Origin: Spironucleus salmonicida
Taxonomy: Eukaryota
Direction: 5' to 3'
Length of the DNA: 64,000 bases
Assembly: GCF_000497125.1 (NCBI RefSeq)
Contig: NC_090600.1
Location: forward strand, 1,323,197 to 1,387,196
Below the pieces are notes generated by a model. That model saw nothing but the letters and a program-made list of their open reading frames with translations, was not told where the DNA came from and searched no databases. Positions 14,147-28,137 of the stretch are shown here, piece after piece. Each line of letters begins with the position of its first letter. The stretch's first letter is position 1. A program made the position numbers and the translations under genes.

Positions 14147-15848
14147 TTAGAAGTGAGGGAAAAATTTAGTTTATATTAGTATATATAAATAATATTAATA
14201 TATCCCTTTAAACATTGAAGTCAATATTAACTTAAACAAACTAGCTGTTAAATATCAATAGTAGCTAAAGTATGAATAACTGTAATTACACATAAATAGT
14301 TTATTAGGTAAATTTAGTTAAAATAATATACATCTAATTTTTCTTGTTTTTAACGTATTTGCCGTTTTATGTAAAGCTTTAACTTACAGTATGATATTAA
14401 CTACTATTATTGTCTTAATTAACATATTCATAAACTTTACTTATTGATATTTTATGCAAATTAAAATATCTGAATTGATGCTGGTATTAAATGGCTATCA
14501 ACTAAGATAATATTTAAATAATAGTTATAACTTATTTAATAATTTATATAATATTACAAAATATTTGTTTCAAATCTCTTTAATTTCATTAAAACTAAAT
14601 ATATAATTTTAATAAATTAAGCTTAAACGATAAATACTTTGAGTTATATTATAATTAAGAGAATCATAGTGTCATTAATAACTGATAATATACGAATTTA
14701 TTTATAGTATGTATTTCTATATCATTAACTAAGCTATATATATTTATTTCATAAACAATGACATTAGCAATATTTACAAATTATATTATAAATTTAAATT
14801 TGTTCAAATAGTATTTATTACTTAGAGTCAGTTAGATAGTTTCTAATTTAAATAAAATTAATTATTTAACTATATTTGTGAGAATTATAGTCCTCAAGTA
14901 ATTTTTATATTATAAATTAGTTATCTTGATATTTTTATAAGGAGATAATATAAAATTCATGATATAATAAAGATTAAACTTGTTTTACTTTATATACTAT
15001 CATGTAATGTATATTATTTGTTTGCTTTTTACATTTTATCATAAATAGGTAAAGATTGATATTTATAATAATTAATTATTGTCTAATGATCAAATTAAGT
15101 ATTATTATTTAGTCATAATTTATCTTTGTAATTATAAGTTTTGATATAGCAATATACCTATTTTACTATACTGCCTATATATTAAAATAATAATTAAGTA
15201 TATACATAGTTATTATTAATACGATAAGCTATATTTGTAGAATTGACTATTATTAATACTAAAATGTAAAACATAATCATTAATTTTAATTTATATTTAA
15301 GGTATATTACATTCTAATTATTATTTATGAAATTTTTATTATGTATAGTTAATAAATTTGTATTCATATTATTTACATTCAATCTAATTCTGTTAATAAA
15401 TTTTATAAATGGAGAATTTATATTTTTTATTGATAAAATTGATTTCAAATACTAATATTTAAAAATATTAGATATAAAATTTAACTGATATGAATTTTTC
15501 ATTTGTGTTTACCTGCTGATAAGTATCTATTTTAATCAGATAATTTTATTTATATTTAGTTAAACTAATGTAAAATAAACCACTTAATAGATATTAACAA
15601 ATAGTCTTGTTATAAATTTTATAGTTATAATGATATTATTTATCAATAAAATATAGTATCGAGATTTACTAAAAATTATTTCAAATAGTTATGGTAATAC
15701 AGATTTTATGATTAAAAATAATTAATCATTTAAATTATAATGTTAATAGCAGTATTAATACTAATAAGTTATACATATCAAATCATAAGGTTGACATAAG
15801 ATAATAAAAAGATAAATTAATTTTTATTTTATTATATATATTTATAAT

Positions 15849-18800
15849 TCACTGTTTAACAAACACACCTTCTAGTGCATCTTAAATTTTAAACTATTTT
15901 ATGAGACGACTTAAGATATACCTATCTAGTATTAAGACGAATAAGCTGAATAATAATAGTCCATATATTGTGAATACTAATAAAGAATACTTTTGATTTT
16001 CTAGTTATATAGATTCAAAATCAAGTATTTATTACATTATTTACTATAACATAGTAAAATTTTCTATAATCATCATAGCACTTCTACTTTCATTTATTAA
16101 AACATGTTTATCTCCTAAATAATCAAATATTATTTATTAAATCATTGAAACCTATTAAAATATAAATGATTCTTTTTGGTATTTAGCAAATAATAAAATA
16201 ACTTCATTTGTTGTTAATTAGTTAAAAAATTGATCCATAGATTCTAGTAAAATATGAGATGAAAAAGGCTAAATAGAGTTTGTCATTTTGATGACTTCTA
16301 TCTAAAAAGGATAGAATAATTATTATATTTTACTTGCTTAATATGATATTGTCTCCAGATTTATGATATTCTAATACCTATCCAGTTATATAACGAAATA
16401 ACTAATTATATATCCTACTAAACATGTTAAAATCGATATTTTTAAAACTAAGCTAAAAAATAGTGGTATAAATGAAATCTTACTTTAGTTCATTGTTGTT
16501 TGATAATTTTATTATAAATTAGTACTATTAAATAATTTTTAAGAACAAGCAATACAAAAATTTTCTCCAGTAATAATAGACTTCCTTGCTTATATAATAT
16601 CAACGTTATGGTTTTCTATAATATTTATTGATACATAAGGTGGAGGAGTTTTTATTAAAATTGATGGATCAGTTTATAACATGTATAAGATTGTTTACAA
16701 AATTTGGTGTTGCAAATGTCTTAGAGTACTTTCTTAAAATTCCATAACCACTAATATACATTGTTATAAATTATTACTATATGGTAAAATAGTTTTATCA
16801 TCTTTAGTGAAATTAACAATAAACCAAGGGTCTACCTCCACATATTATTATTTCAACTTTATGCGTTGTATCTTTATTTTATAAAACAAATATTATATAT
16901 TTTTTAAACTCGAAATAACCATATAAATACAGTAGAAAACAAATAGTAAAAAGCTAGTTGAAGTAAATTATACTTGTTCGATAAACTCTTTATAATATTA
17001 GGATTTATACTACTGAAATAGCTAAATTAAACCATACGTATAAGAAAAATACACAGAGGTATTTTAAATAAATGACCCTATAGTAAGCATTTCGATTAAA
17101 TTTTAAGGATTTTCTAGTATTATCTAATCATAATCTTTTTTAGATACAAATATTGAATAATCAGTATTTGTTAATTATTCATAATAGATTTATTAGTATA
17201 ATAGTTATGGTTATTTCTAAATAATTAAATTACTGCTAAATATATTTTACTACTATATATTAAGCAACTTGTTGTATGATGATAGATTTGGTAATTAATT
17301 TTAGAAAAGTAGTTACAATTCATCATTATACTTATTTATTTGACATAGCTATATACTACAATCAATCTCTTTCATGCTATATATTATAATAATTTTAATT
17401 ACAATTACAATCAAAAGTAATAATGATGTTATAATATAGCTAGTAAAACTTATTAAATGAGATGGAAATAACTTTTTGCAATATGCATAATAAAAACTAG
17501 AAAGTACAAAAACTATAAAGCAACAGAATAATGAATGTGCAAATATTTACTTTTAAGTTTCTAAATCCAGATTGAAAAATTATTGTTATATATATAAAAA
17601 ATTGGTTATAATTTATTATGTGCTATTTTACATTTATAACTATTTCTTTATTTATAAGGTATTTATTAATAAACTTTAATTAGTAGTATATAGTAGATCC
17701 CAATTTACAATTTATAATGAAATATTAAACAACAGGTCATTTAAAACAGTCAATTACTAATTCTCATATTATGTATACAAATTACCAAAATTTAGTGACT
17801 CAAATGGAATCCTAATTTAAGGTTAAATATTTAGTTCTTTCTCAAGATAGATTTCATCTTGAAATAATTTTTTATAGATTGGCATATATTATATTTCTAT
17901 CCCAGTTTAAATATTTCTCCAATCAAGATATGGAGAAAAAACATCAGGTGTTGGGAATAAAAAAAGATATGTAATAAGATTTTCCTGAATTTATAATTCA
18001 AATTAATACTTAACTTATTAATATAATTTTTAACATGTTTATAGGTTAAAATAAACATTACAGTCAGTTTGTAAAAATATTATTAATTTTCCATAAAGTT
18101 ATTCATGATTTAAAAGAAAATTATTATTACCTGTTAGTTAATATAATAAGGCCTGTTATTATAATTCCATAATTTAAAAATTTACTGATTCTGAATTATT
18201 ATGGATTATCTTAAAGTTTTTCATATATTTATTAACATCCATTTACTAAGTACAAAATTATGGAAATAGTGATATTTAAATGAAAAATATACTGAAAATA
18301 AATAAAGTAAGCTTAAATTTTATAGATCGTTGCTTCTTTGTTCGACAATATTAACATGATGTATTCTTAATAATTTTATTATTGGATAAATTAACTTTAT
18401 TATTATTTATCTGATTCAAAAAATCACATTTTTACTTAAACAATTTAATATACTTTTTATTAAACGAAATAAACATACATATTCCTATGAAAAGAAAAAG
18501 GATAACTAACATTATTACAATTTTGATTATTATATTATTAAATTTATGAGCATTATTAGTCTTATTAAACTTACTAACTTCGTTAATGCTATTTAGACTA
18601 ATAGGATTTTAATTATAGTCTTATATAATATTATTTTTTGAAATTAAGTTAATAACTTATAATGGTAAAGTCTATGTAATATTGAATTATTAATTACTAG
18701 AAAGTTACATAATATTTAATTACTACGACTATATTACTTAAATACTTGTGTCATATATAAGATCTCTTTATAGTTTGTTAATGGAAATATCTTATAGTAT

Positions 18801-21800
18801 GCCTTCTAAATATGTTCCTTTATAATATAAAATATTTTAAAGTAAATATACAAATGACCCTTTAAATATTTAATGTGCAAATCCAAAAAATGGGATCAAA
18901 ATCTAAAATAAATTCACAAGAAATAATGATAATAAGCCAAATTGACCATCATAATAAAAATATTATTAACTAATTAAGACTTAAAAAAGCGCTGGAATAT
19001 AATGAGGCTATATTCTTTGGTTAATAATTTGTCTGGTTTCTCTTTAATAATTAAATATTTTAACTATTAATTATTTTTAAAATATTTTTGCAGTCAAAGA
19101 ATTAAATATTCCACTACTTGATATAATGTGCCAATATTATGAGAAAATTATATATTAAATTTAATTTATAAATATAAAGAATTAGTTAAATACTGTATTT
19201 GCCTAACTACTAAAATCTAATAAGGACTTCTCCAAAAATAATGAAAGGTTTTTACTAAATTAAAAGAACAATTTACTGGAGTAGTTAAAAATAATATCGG
19301 TGAAATATTCTAAATTATAAACACAATTTTATCTTGAACAAATTTCCGAAACTCTATATTTACTTATTAAGTTCACAATAACTTAAAAATTTTAAGAAAT
19401 TATTAATAATTCAAAAGAATTCAACAGAAAATTTGTGACTTCAAAAGATAGTATTTACAAGTAATGGAACAAAAATATAAATAATGCAGTGAAAAATATG
19501 AAGAGAATAAATTAAACACATTAGAAAGTTTCAATGTACTTAATAATACTTATAATTTTTAAATTATTAGAGTAATTGAATTTTTTAAAAGGTCTAAAAT
19601 CAGATGTATTAAAGATCTCTTCATTATTTAAATAGGTTAACTCTTTTGGTTAATGAAATAATTAAAATATTGCTAACGGATTATTAATAAAAGTTGATTT
19701 AATGAGATTGGAATCTTATTCATCCTTTAAATGAATTATACCTTAGTGTTAAATTTTTGACTTTATTTTAATTACAGATAACTAATTATCATTAACATCT
19801 TATTAATAAATTGATAGCTATTTTTAATGTAATCTTACAAATTCTAATTCTTATGTTATTCCTAAAATTAAAGATGTGTATGAATTTATTTAGTTCAATA
19901 TTATATATACATCTATTGATGACAGCTCATCATTAAAATATACTTTAAATTAAGTAATAAATTACAATATAGAATTGAAATTATAACGTTATTTAAATTT
20001 TTCCATAAGTAAAAATGATTCATATGAATAGTTTTCTATTCTACAGCATATAAATAATTATTTAAGCTAACTATTAATAGAATTTAATATTAATTTATCA
20101 TAGTATAATCGTAACTTAGTCAAATTATAACTATAAAAATGAAAATTTTCATATTATCTTTAAATTAGAACAGAAATAGATTTATGCGTTTCTATAGTAT
20201 TTTCTAAAGATGATTAATCTTGTATATATTAATTTTCTAGATAAGATTTAAATGTTCCTGTATTAGTAACTTATATACCTGTTGGTTGATTACGTTTAGA
20301 CTATTATTAACTATTTTATAAATATTCTACAAAATGAAAGTTGAAATATTTTTTTAATTATAACAAAGAATATTGATTTTCTTATAAATATCCATCTTAA
20401 TTTAAGAAATACTATATTTTTATATAAATGTTAGCCTAATCTGAAAGATGAGTTAATAGTTACTTAATAAATTTAATAAAAAAGTTAATCTAAACATCAT
20501 GTGTTAATATCTTTGAATACATGCTTAGTTAATAATTATTTAACATAACATCAAATGCTTGAATAATATTAATTTATTATTTTTATAATTCATAATAATC
20601 GTAATCTATAAATTCCTAATTTAAAACAAGTTATTATTACTAAATAAAATTCTATTTAATTTGTGAATCAATCTATTTCTATGTATTTATTATTATTTTA
20701 TATATTTTTTCAATAATCTAACTATTAAACATTGAATCTTTTGAAATTCTTATTTAGTTAAGCAAGGATTCATGTTCTTTAAGCTCATTAATTCTATTTT
20801 GCATATTTTTATTATCACTATGTTAGTATATCGCAAATTAATTAACATCATCTTTGTGATTCATAAGATTAAATAAGTAATAATAAGACAGCTTTAAGAC
20901 ATTATCAATTAGTTCTATAAAAATATTTCCTTCCGTTAAAAACATTGAGATTTTTGATAAATTTGTTCGTGTTTCGATAAGTTATTAGATATAATGTTTC
21001 TATAATAAAATTACTGTAAGTATATTATTATAAATTGTATTTGAACTATCAATCCCAGATACAAAATCATTATATAATGTGATAAATTGTCGTTGTAGTT
21101 AATTCTAATCAGATAAATTATAGTTAAATCCTATAACAGTATATTTTTATACAAATTCTGTTAAAAACCTCGTATTATTTGTAAGCTTATTGAAATCAGA
21201 TGATTTCATAATAATCATTTAATAGTTCTTTTATACTTAATTAAATTTATAAAACTTTAGTGAGAAATCATATTAACATCTTTTATTAACGGTAATAATA
21301 TTATTAAGCTCAATTAATTCTTATTTTCCAATTACTTTTTATTAATCTTATTTTTATTCATACTTATCATACATATTGGCACTAGCATACTAAACTATAC
21401 CAGATTTGTGATTAATATATGCATTTAAAGCTAAAACACTAATTGCAAATTATTTTAGTTGTTATCTTTATTATGTTCCTAAAATATTTTCATCATACTA
21501 ACATAACAATAACGTGTCAAATTAAATTAATTTCATAAATGGAAGCTTTTAACTTACTAATAAAAGATCCTTACAATCAGAATAATAACTTAGGATGTGC
21601 ATAATACTTTAATAAAATATAATAAGCTCCTTCCCTTTGATTTTCTATAAATTAATAAATTAGTTAATTTAGGTTGGTGTATAATATGCTATTTTTTATT
21701 CTTATACATCCATATTATAGACATATTATTTTGACTAAATTTAAGGATACTTGTCTTGGTTTAAATAAATATAGTGAGCCATTTATAAATAATATGATTC

Positions 21801-22778
21801 AGAAAGTTTATTTGATGTTGATTTTTTAAGCTAAAGATAAATTTAATCAATACTCAAATCTAAGGAAATTATATTTTACCATTATTGCCTGCTTAAAATA
21901 GACAAATGACATATTAATATAAAATGGGAAAGTTTTGAAATTTTTAGTAATGCTCTATTGTGATAATATATTCTACAAAGTACTGATAATGTTGCAAATA
22001 TAGTGGAACATGATATTGAAACTATTAAAAATTTGCTAAATGGTAGATTAATAAAAAAGTTGAGTAAACCAATTGCACTGAGGGACCAAAAAAATGAAAA
22101 TAGAGAAAAAATAATGTAGTCAACTACAAAATCTCCTATCAATATGAAATATTACATAAATAACACTAACATAAATGTAGTAATTACAAAAAGTATTAAT
22201 ATTGACATGAAAATATCTTACGAAGAAATACTCAGGAAAAAAGCAGAAAAATTAAATGAAAAATTATACCAAAATGCTATTGGAGTTTATAATGAGTGTA
22301 TACCATCATGTAAAAATAATTTAATATTATTAAATGAATAATAATCAAGCCAAATTATTAAGCATAAAATACTTGCTGCAAATAAGTACTGTTATCTCAC
22401 AAAAATATACAACCCACATAAAAAGTAAACGGTAGGACTAATAAAATTACTGAAAATTAGAGTAATCCAAATGTATATCTTAGACAAGTTACTGATGGAA
22501 ATAGTTAATTTAGAGTGTAAGCTAACCAAAGATGAGAATACTTAAATACAAAAATACAAAAATAACAAGCATAATATAACAATTTCGGCGATTCTGTAAC
22601 CATCTATGATTTTGTTAATAGAAATACTAAAAATATTTTACTATAATGTTAACAATGATAAAAATTCATTAAATAACTGCAATATAAAAAGACTAGGAAG
22701 AACTATAATAAGTCTATATACCCATAACTAAATTTTATTACTGTAAGCAACAAAATGTTTCTAAAATAAATCTATCAT
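15849..22778 (-). CDS. Large multipass membrane protein (~2309 aa); architecture resembles metamonad TmcB/PAS/adenylate-cyclase-type receptor proteins
   Basis: Code-6 frame checked at many points; includes track ORF 21882..22142. N-terminal cluster of hydrophobic helices, later TM pairs flanking ectodomains, and a PAS-like segment near the C-terminus. Ends CAG TGA (AGTGA). Family assignment is inference. Confidence 0.75.
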
Positions 22779-22827
22779 TACGTAAAACTACTTTAATAAT
22801 ATAATAATAATAATATAATAATATAAA

Positions 22828-24207
22828 ATGACATTAATATATGAGTACGAACTAGCATTCACGAAGATGAATATAAAGTTAAAAACATAATTCAATTAAT
22901 TTATTTTATAGTCCTCAATTTTATTAATTATAGAGTAAATTTTCTTTAATTTAGGATTTATTATCTAACTAAAAATTACAAGTAGTGGTCGAAAGTAATT
23001 TGATGTTTATGTCGTATACAGACTTTATTTTCTGATATATAGTTAAAAGATAGTTGTTTAATCTATTTTTGAAGCATTCACAATAAAGCTTAAATTGTTA
23101 ATTTAGATAAATTAACTATCTTATGCAAAGCATTAAGCAGGGCAGTTACTTATTGTAATTTTGTTCGCATCTCTAGTGGTAGTAGGATTTTTAACTGCTT
23201 ATTTCATGTATATAATCGTTGATTACTATCTTATACTATCAGTTATTATTGGGACCATTCCTTTGCTTCTATCATAAGGGATTGAAACCTGCATTAAGCA
23301 AGAAGGACATGTACATACTGCAGTCAATTTCATTCTTCTTAAGTATTCTATTCAGCTCTTTCTAATAATATTTACTAATTAATGCGTTCCACTATCAACC
23401 TTTACCTTAGAAAACCTAAATTTAATAATAATATTATATCAATTTGTGCCAGAATTTTTAGTAGGTGTTTTGATGTATTTTAACAAATCAAATATACAGT
23501 TTATTCTGTTTAGTTTTGATTTCAGAAATGTGAAACCCTTTAACACAACTGCTATTTCCAGATTCATGTAACTGGGACTCAGCATAACACTAAATCGTGG
23601 GTACCTATTTATTATTTTTAATATTTATCACCTAATCCTTACAAATGACGTCTTGCGTGAAATTTATCAAATTCAATTTTTACTCTATACTCTAGGTTTA
23701 AATCTGTTATTTTTAGTTTAGTTTTGCATAATTTAATCAATAAAATACGTTTATGAGTTCAATATTAATAATAATATGCTTCTATCGAAACTACATTTAA
23801 TGTTGAACTACGTTTTGCTCGTACCGTATGGAGTAGCCGTGATTGCATTTTAGTACTCGGAGGAAATCCTGTAATTCCTGTTCGAAGACTATAGAATAAA
23901 TGATGAAACCAAGATTTTTAAGATTCTAATTTTTGCACTATTAATAGTACAACCATATTTCGAGATGATCATTCTGCGTGCAATAAAGCTCAACAAGATT
24001 AAAGAACTGATTATGGTAGAAACAATGATGGTGGTTCTATTTATTATCGAGTGTGCCACACTAAAAGGACAACAGTAGATTATAAATCCAGTATTTCTGA
24101 CCCTCGTAAATGCGACCACCAAAGGCTTCATTTACCTAGTACTTTATATCATGTCATTTACAATTACGCACATGAAGAGGTAGAAATAATATATAGAAGT
24201 GACCTGA
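22828..24207 (+). CDS. MatE/MATE-like multipass transporter (~459 aa)
   Basis: AAAATG start, no in-frame TGA for 459 codons, many hydrophobic segments; size and motif (CIKQEGHVHTA) are MATE-like. AGTGA lies just before the stop. Confidence 0.6.
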
Positions 24208-24209
24208 TT

Positions 24210-25676
24210 TCATTCCATTCTTTCGAATCTATTGATGCCGGTTTTAGGCACCTGATACTTTTTACCTTCATTTATGGCAGACTATCTCTAGAGTACCTCC
24301 TTCTATTCCAGCATTTGGAGCTAAATTTTCCGTTCCGAACGTACTTTCATCTATTTTTACCTAACTGTTTTTGGTTTTTCTTTCCTGGTTTTCTTACTCA
24401 ATTAACCTGCAATTTGCTACACCAAAAGGTCATTTTTCTACTTCACAATCTCATCAATTGTTGGTTTATGAACTTACGTTAATGCTGCAGACTGACCAAT
24501 GAGGTCCCATGGGAGTTTATCCAGTTGATTTTTGATTAGCTGCTCGTTCCTGGTGTGTACAGTACTGAACATATTACTTTGAAACGTATTGAAGTCCTGA
24601 GAGCCGCTACCTGGCACCAAAATTTGCTCAATATTCAAATCTCCGCTTACCACTAGATTGTCAAAAAATGGCCTGAAATGACAATGTGAACCCACAGTTT
24701 GGTGGAAAAGTTCTAGCGAAGAGTTAAATGGTGTGTGCATTTCGCCTTTCGCGTCTTTTACAACTTTTGAGTCATGAAAATCTTGAATTAGGCTGTTAAT
24801 ATCTCTCACACCTACACCTTTTTAGGTCAGCAGAGCAAGCTTTCCAGTCTGTGATACGTCGAAATCTGAGCAAATTCCACTGTACTGCACCGAACAAATT
24901 TCGGTTTTGGTCTCTCGAACATCATATATTTTAACTTTTCCTGCGCCTTGAGCAAGTAGAAAGTTGCCGTTGTATGAATATTTCAGTTTGTCAGCCATAA
25001 AGCCAATATCGATAGCATACGCTGGGCTATCTAACTTTGGTGCGTAAGCTTTGACTATGTTGGAATTGTAAGATGCTGTTCCAATTAATGCGGTTCTAAA
25101 GTCTGTTGCGATGTTTTTAAAGGAATTCGCTTACTTGATTTGGGCTACTTACTTTCCGTTTGTTATATCTGTATAAGATAGTTAGTTTGATGATGCATCT
25201 ACCAAAAGCATGTGATTTGTCAGATAGTCCATCGAAACTACTCTTCCACCTCTAGGCAGTCTGTGGACTTCATTACCCTGTAAGTTAGTAATTCCAATAG
25301 AGCCTTGTCTCCCAAAAGCCTATAGCTCAGAATTAGTCAAAAACTAGCAGGAATAACACTTCATATCTAAATTTTTTTCATAAATTGGTGTGAAATCTTC
25401 TAATCTAATCAGAGACACATGTGAATTACTGCCAGCAATAAGTAGGTGTTAACCAGAAGGATCGTATGATGTCATATACGGTCCCTAGTTCAGCTGCAAA
25501 GAAAATATTTGTTTTTACAGCTATGGAGGAACAACTTTTTTAATTTCATCCTATGTATACAATTTTTCCGAATTAAATATCCCTCTTTATTCTTCAAGAT
25601 TCTTTGAACTTAACTATTTTTGAGAAATTGGCTGTATACTAGACTTTTTAACAGTTAAACTACCAAATTGATACAT
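24210..25676 (-). CDS. UTP7: U3 snoRNP/SSU processome WD40 protein UTP7/WDR46 (BING4)
   Basis: FSLQLNQGPY...GQHLLIAG N-terminal motif, WD repeats, and BING4CT-like FRPFFDNLVV...ILVPGSG...LDKLP (track ORF 24474..24809). C-rich motif upstream of the ATG. Confidence 0.88.
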
Positions 25677-25877
25677 GAAGGAGCGTGAAGGGGAAGGGAA
25701 TTATTATATAAAGATATTAATAAAGTTAAAAAATTTTTAAGTTTATATAAATAGTTTTAATGTAGATAAACACTACTTTATTCTTATGCATTCTGTATCT
25801 CAGCATTTAGTAAAAACTGAGCTGATTAATATTAATTAATTAAAAATATTTTACATATTATATATATTTAATAATTT

Positions 25878-25898
25878 CTACCTCCTTCCGCTCCACAT
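25878..25898 (+). promoter_or_regulatory. C-rich upstream (promoter-like) motif
   Basis: CTACCTCCTTCCGCTCCACAT ~10 nt before the zinc-finger ATG; similar C-rich tracts precede most starts in the window. Confidence 0.55.
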
Positions 25899-25907
25899 AA
25901 CGCTAAG

Positions 25908-26429
25908 ATGGATCTTCCTGACCCTTGTTTTGCTTGTACTACCTGTGGAGCTAACTTTACATCACATGAAGCATTTTAATAACATGTTTTATAGCACAAT
26001 GATGTAAATCAATAGGAAGTTAATTACCTTTGTAACAAATGTGGTTCAGTTTTTGACTCATAAACCTCATTATAGAACCACCACTGTGATACTATTCAAT
26101 TTGACTCCTTAAAATAAACAACTAGACCTAGAAAATATAAATCTAGTGGTGACAAGCAATTTACCTGTCCTATTTGCAATTAAGGATTCGCCAGAAAAGA
26201 TACGTTAGAAGTTCATAGAAAAATACACTTAGATACTAAAGAATTTGAATGCGAAGTATGTGGCTCATAGTTCAGATAGAAAGGTCATTTGACTAGGCAT
26301 ATGAATATACATTTAGAGAGAATTGATGTTAGATGTGAAGTATGTGGCAAAGAGTTCCACAGAATGGACTAATATAACTAACATATGAAGAGGTTTCATC
26401 TTTCTAGAGAATAGGAGTACTATGGGTGA
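25908..26429 (+). CDS. C2H2 zinc-finger protein (173 aa), copy 1
   Basis: CTTCGANF...HVLQH, CNKCGSVF, CPICNQGFARKDTLEVHRKIH, CEVCGSQFRQKGHLTRHMNIH, CEVCGKEFHRMDQYNQHMKRFH with TAR=Gln. Confidence 0.93.
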
Positions 26430-26578
26430 TCTTGTTTGGATATTTTTACTCTTTCATTTCAAGTGGAAGTATGGAATGGCTTCGCTTCACTTCATCTCCT
26501 TTCCAATTTTCCACTATTCATTAATATAATATTATTAGAAAGTTTACACTTCTGATTTTATTTCTATGACTTTAGCAA

Positions 26579-27721
26579 TCACTCGTTTAACCAACTTTCA
26601 GCTATACAGAGTACTCTCTCCTTGTAAAGTCCTTTTTTATCATCAGTACATTCAATCTCGATCCATGTATTGAAGAATCTTATAATTTCCTCGATAATAA
26701 TCATTTCATCTGATGGTAGCAAACGAACCATCTTATTAACACCATCAATATCTGAAATATTATATAACATATTAATCATCTTTGATATAGTCATTATCTT
26801 CTAACCATATTTACAAGCCAGTAAAAGTTAAGTTAGATCTTTTGGCGTAACTTGCCTTTGAATATTTTCAAAATATTTCTATAGTTAAACCGTATGAAAT
26901 TGATCCAAAAACTTCAATAAAATATTTGGTTCCTGAACAAAATCTCTGAACCTACTAAAAAAATCTAGAGCGGATGCTTTTTCATGTAAAATAACATCAT
27001 CCCTGTAAACTAATTTCCCATTAACACTTCCCAGTATTTCTTAATTAAGCAAAGAAGCATCAGTCACGGTCATAAGTTCTTGCTTTTTTAAATTAATATT
27101 TATCTTACGCGGAACATCTATATTTTTATTTATTTGGACGTCTACTTCATCGTCACTGCTTGTTGATCCTTCCAAAATTTAAACTTTTGTGGCTCCTAGT
27201 TTTTAACGACACAAAGCCATGTCTTCTTCATTTTTGGGATCATTTAATTCTACTAACTATTCATACGCTTCTTAATACATTTAGTTCTCCATTAATGATT
27301 TACTATATCTTTATCTTGCCTTAGCATATGTAGGGTCCAGTGAAAGAGCACTTTAGAAACATGCCAGTGACTCCATTGGTTTCCTATTTAATTTCTAAAA
27401 ACATAATCCTAAATTAAAATATGACTAAGACTTAATTATAGCATCATCTGAATTTAAAGCTACTTCGTAACATTCAGCCGCCTCTTTAAATTTTTTATCC
27501 TTAAAAAATTAATTTCCTCTAGATTTTTCAAATTTAGCATCTTAATTTATGTCGACTGTGCCTCTCGGTGCCGGAAGTATAATAGACTCTCCATTAAACT
27601 GCTTAACTTCTTCACTAGCTTTCTTATCAACTATTTCTTATTTTGATATGAACTAAGTTAGATCATTCATAATTTAATGTTACTTCTCAGCCTATTATTT
27701 AATCTTAATCTAAATGTCCAT
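26579..27721 (-). CDS. RPAP3/SPAG1-like TPR co-chaperone (380 aa), copy 1
   Basis: N-terminus MDIQIKIKQQAEKQHQIMNDL resembles RPAP3; carboxylate-clamp TPR (KSRGNQFFKDKKFKEAAECY...ALSLDPTYAKA); helical C-terminal domain. Stop GAG TGA. Confidence 0.8.
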
Positions 27722-28137
27722 TTAAAATTACTAGAAGAAAGTTTATATAAATTATTTTATGTTTAATAATACTAATTATTATCATTTATTATAAACAAAT
27801 TAGCGGAATTCCGTCTTCTATAATTTTTATAATACTTCAAAGCACTCTTATTTGGGTTATGCAATTGATGATTTCATAGCAACTTCAACTAAATTCAGCA
27901 TATAAAATAAATCACATAATTATACATACAATTAATATTAGTAATGTTAAATAATTAGATACTATAAATACTTATTTAATATTTACAGTCAGAGCAATAC
28001 TTTTATAGTAGAAGATTAAAATATGTGCAGAGAAACACCAAGCATACATATATTATAGCAAGTGATGATATTAGTCATTCGTTATCAATTAGATTTGGAT
28101 ATTATTCTAATCAAAAAATTGGACGCTTAATAAAAAT

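Noticed and set aside
15849-22778. Piezo channel identity for the ~2300-aa membrane protein
   Set aside because: The PFxxE...DW signature and Piezo C-terminal layout were not found.
22779-23333. Upstream extension of the large membrane protein to ATG 23333
   Set aside because: It is the antisense mirror frame of the MatE-like gene; ATG 22778 followed by hydrophobic helices is more parsimonious.
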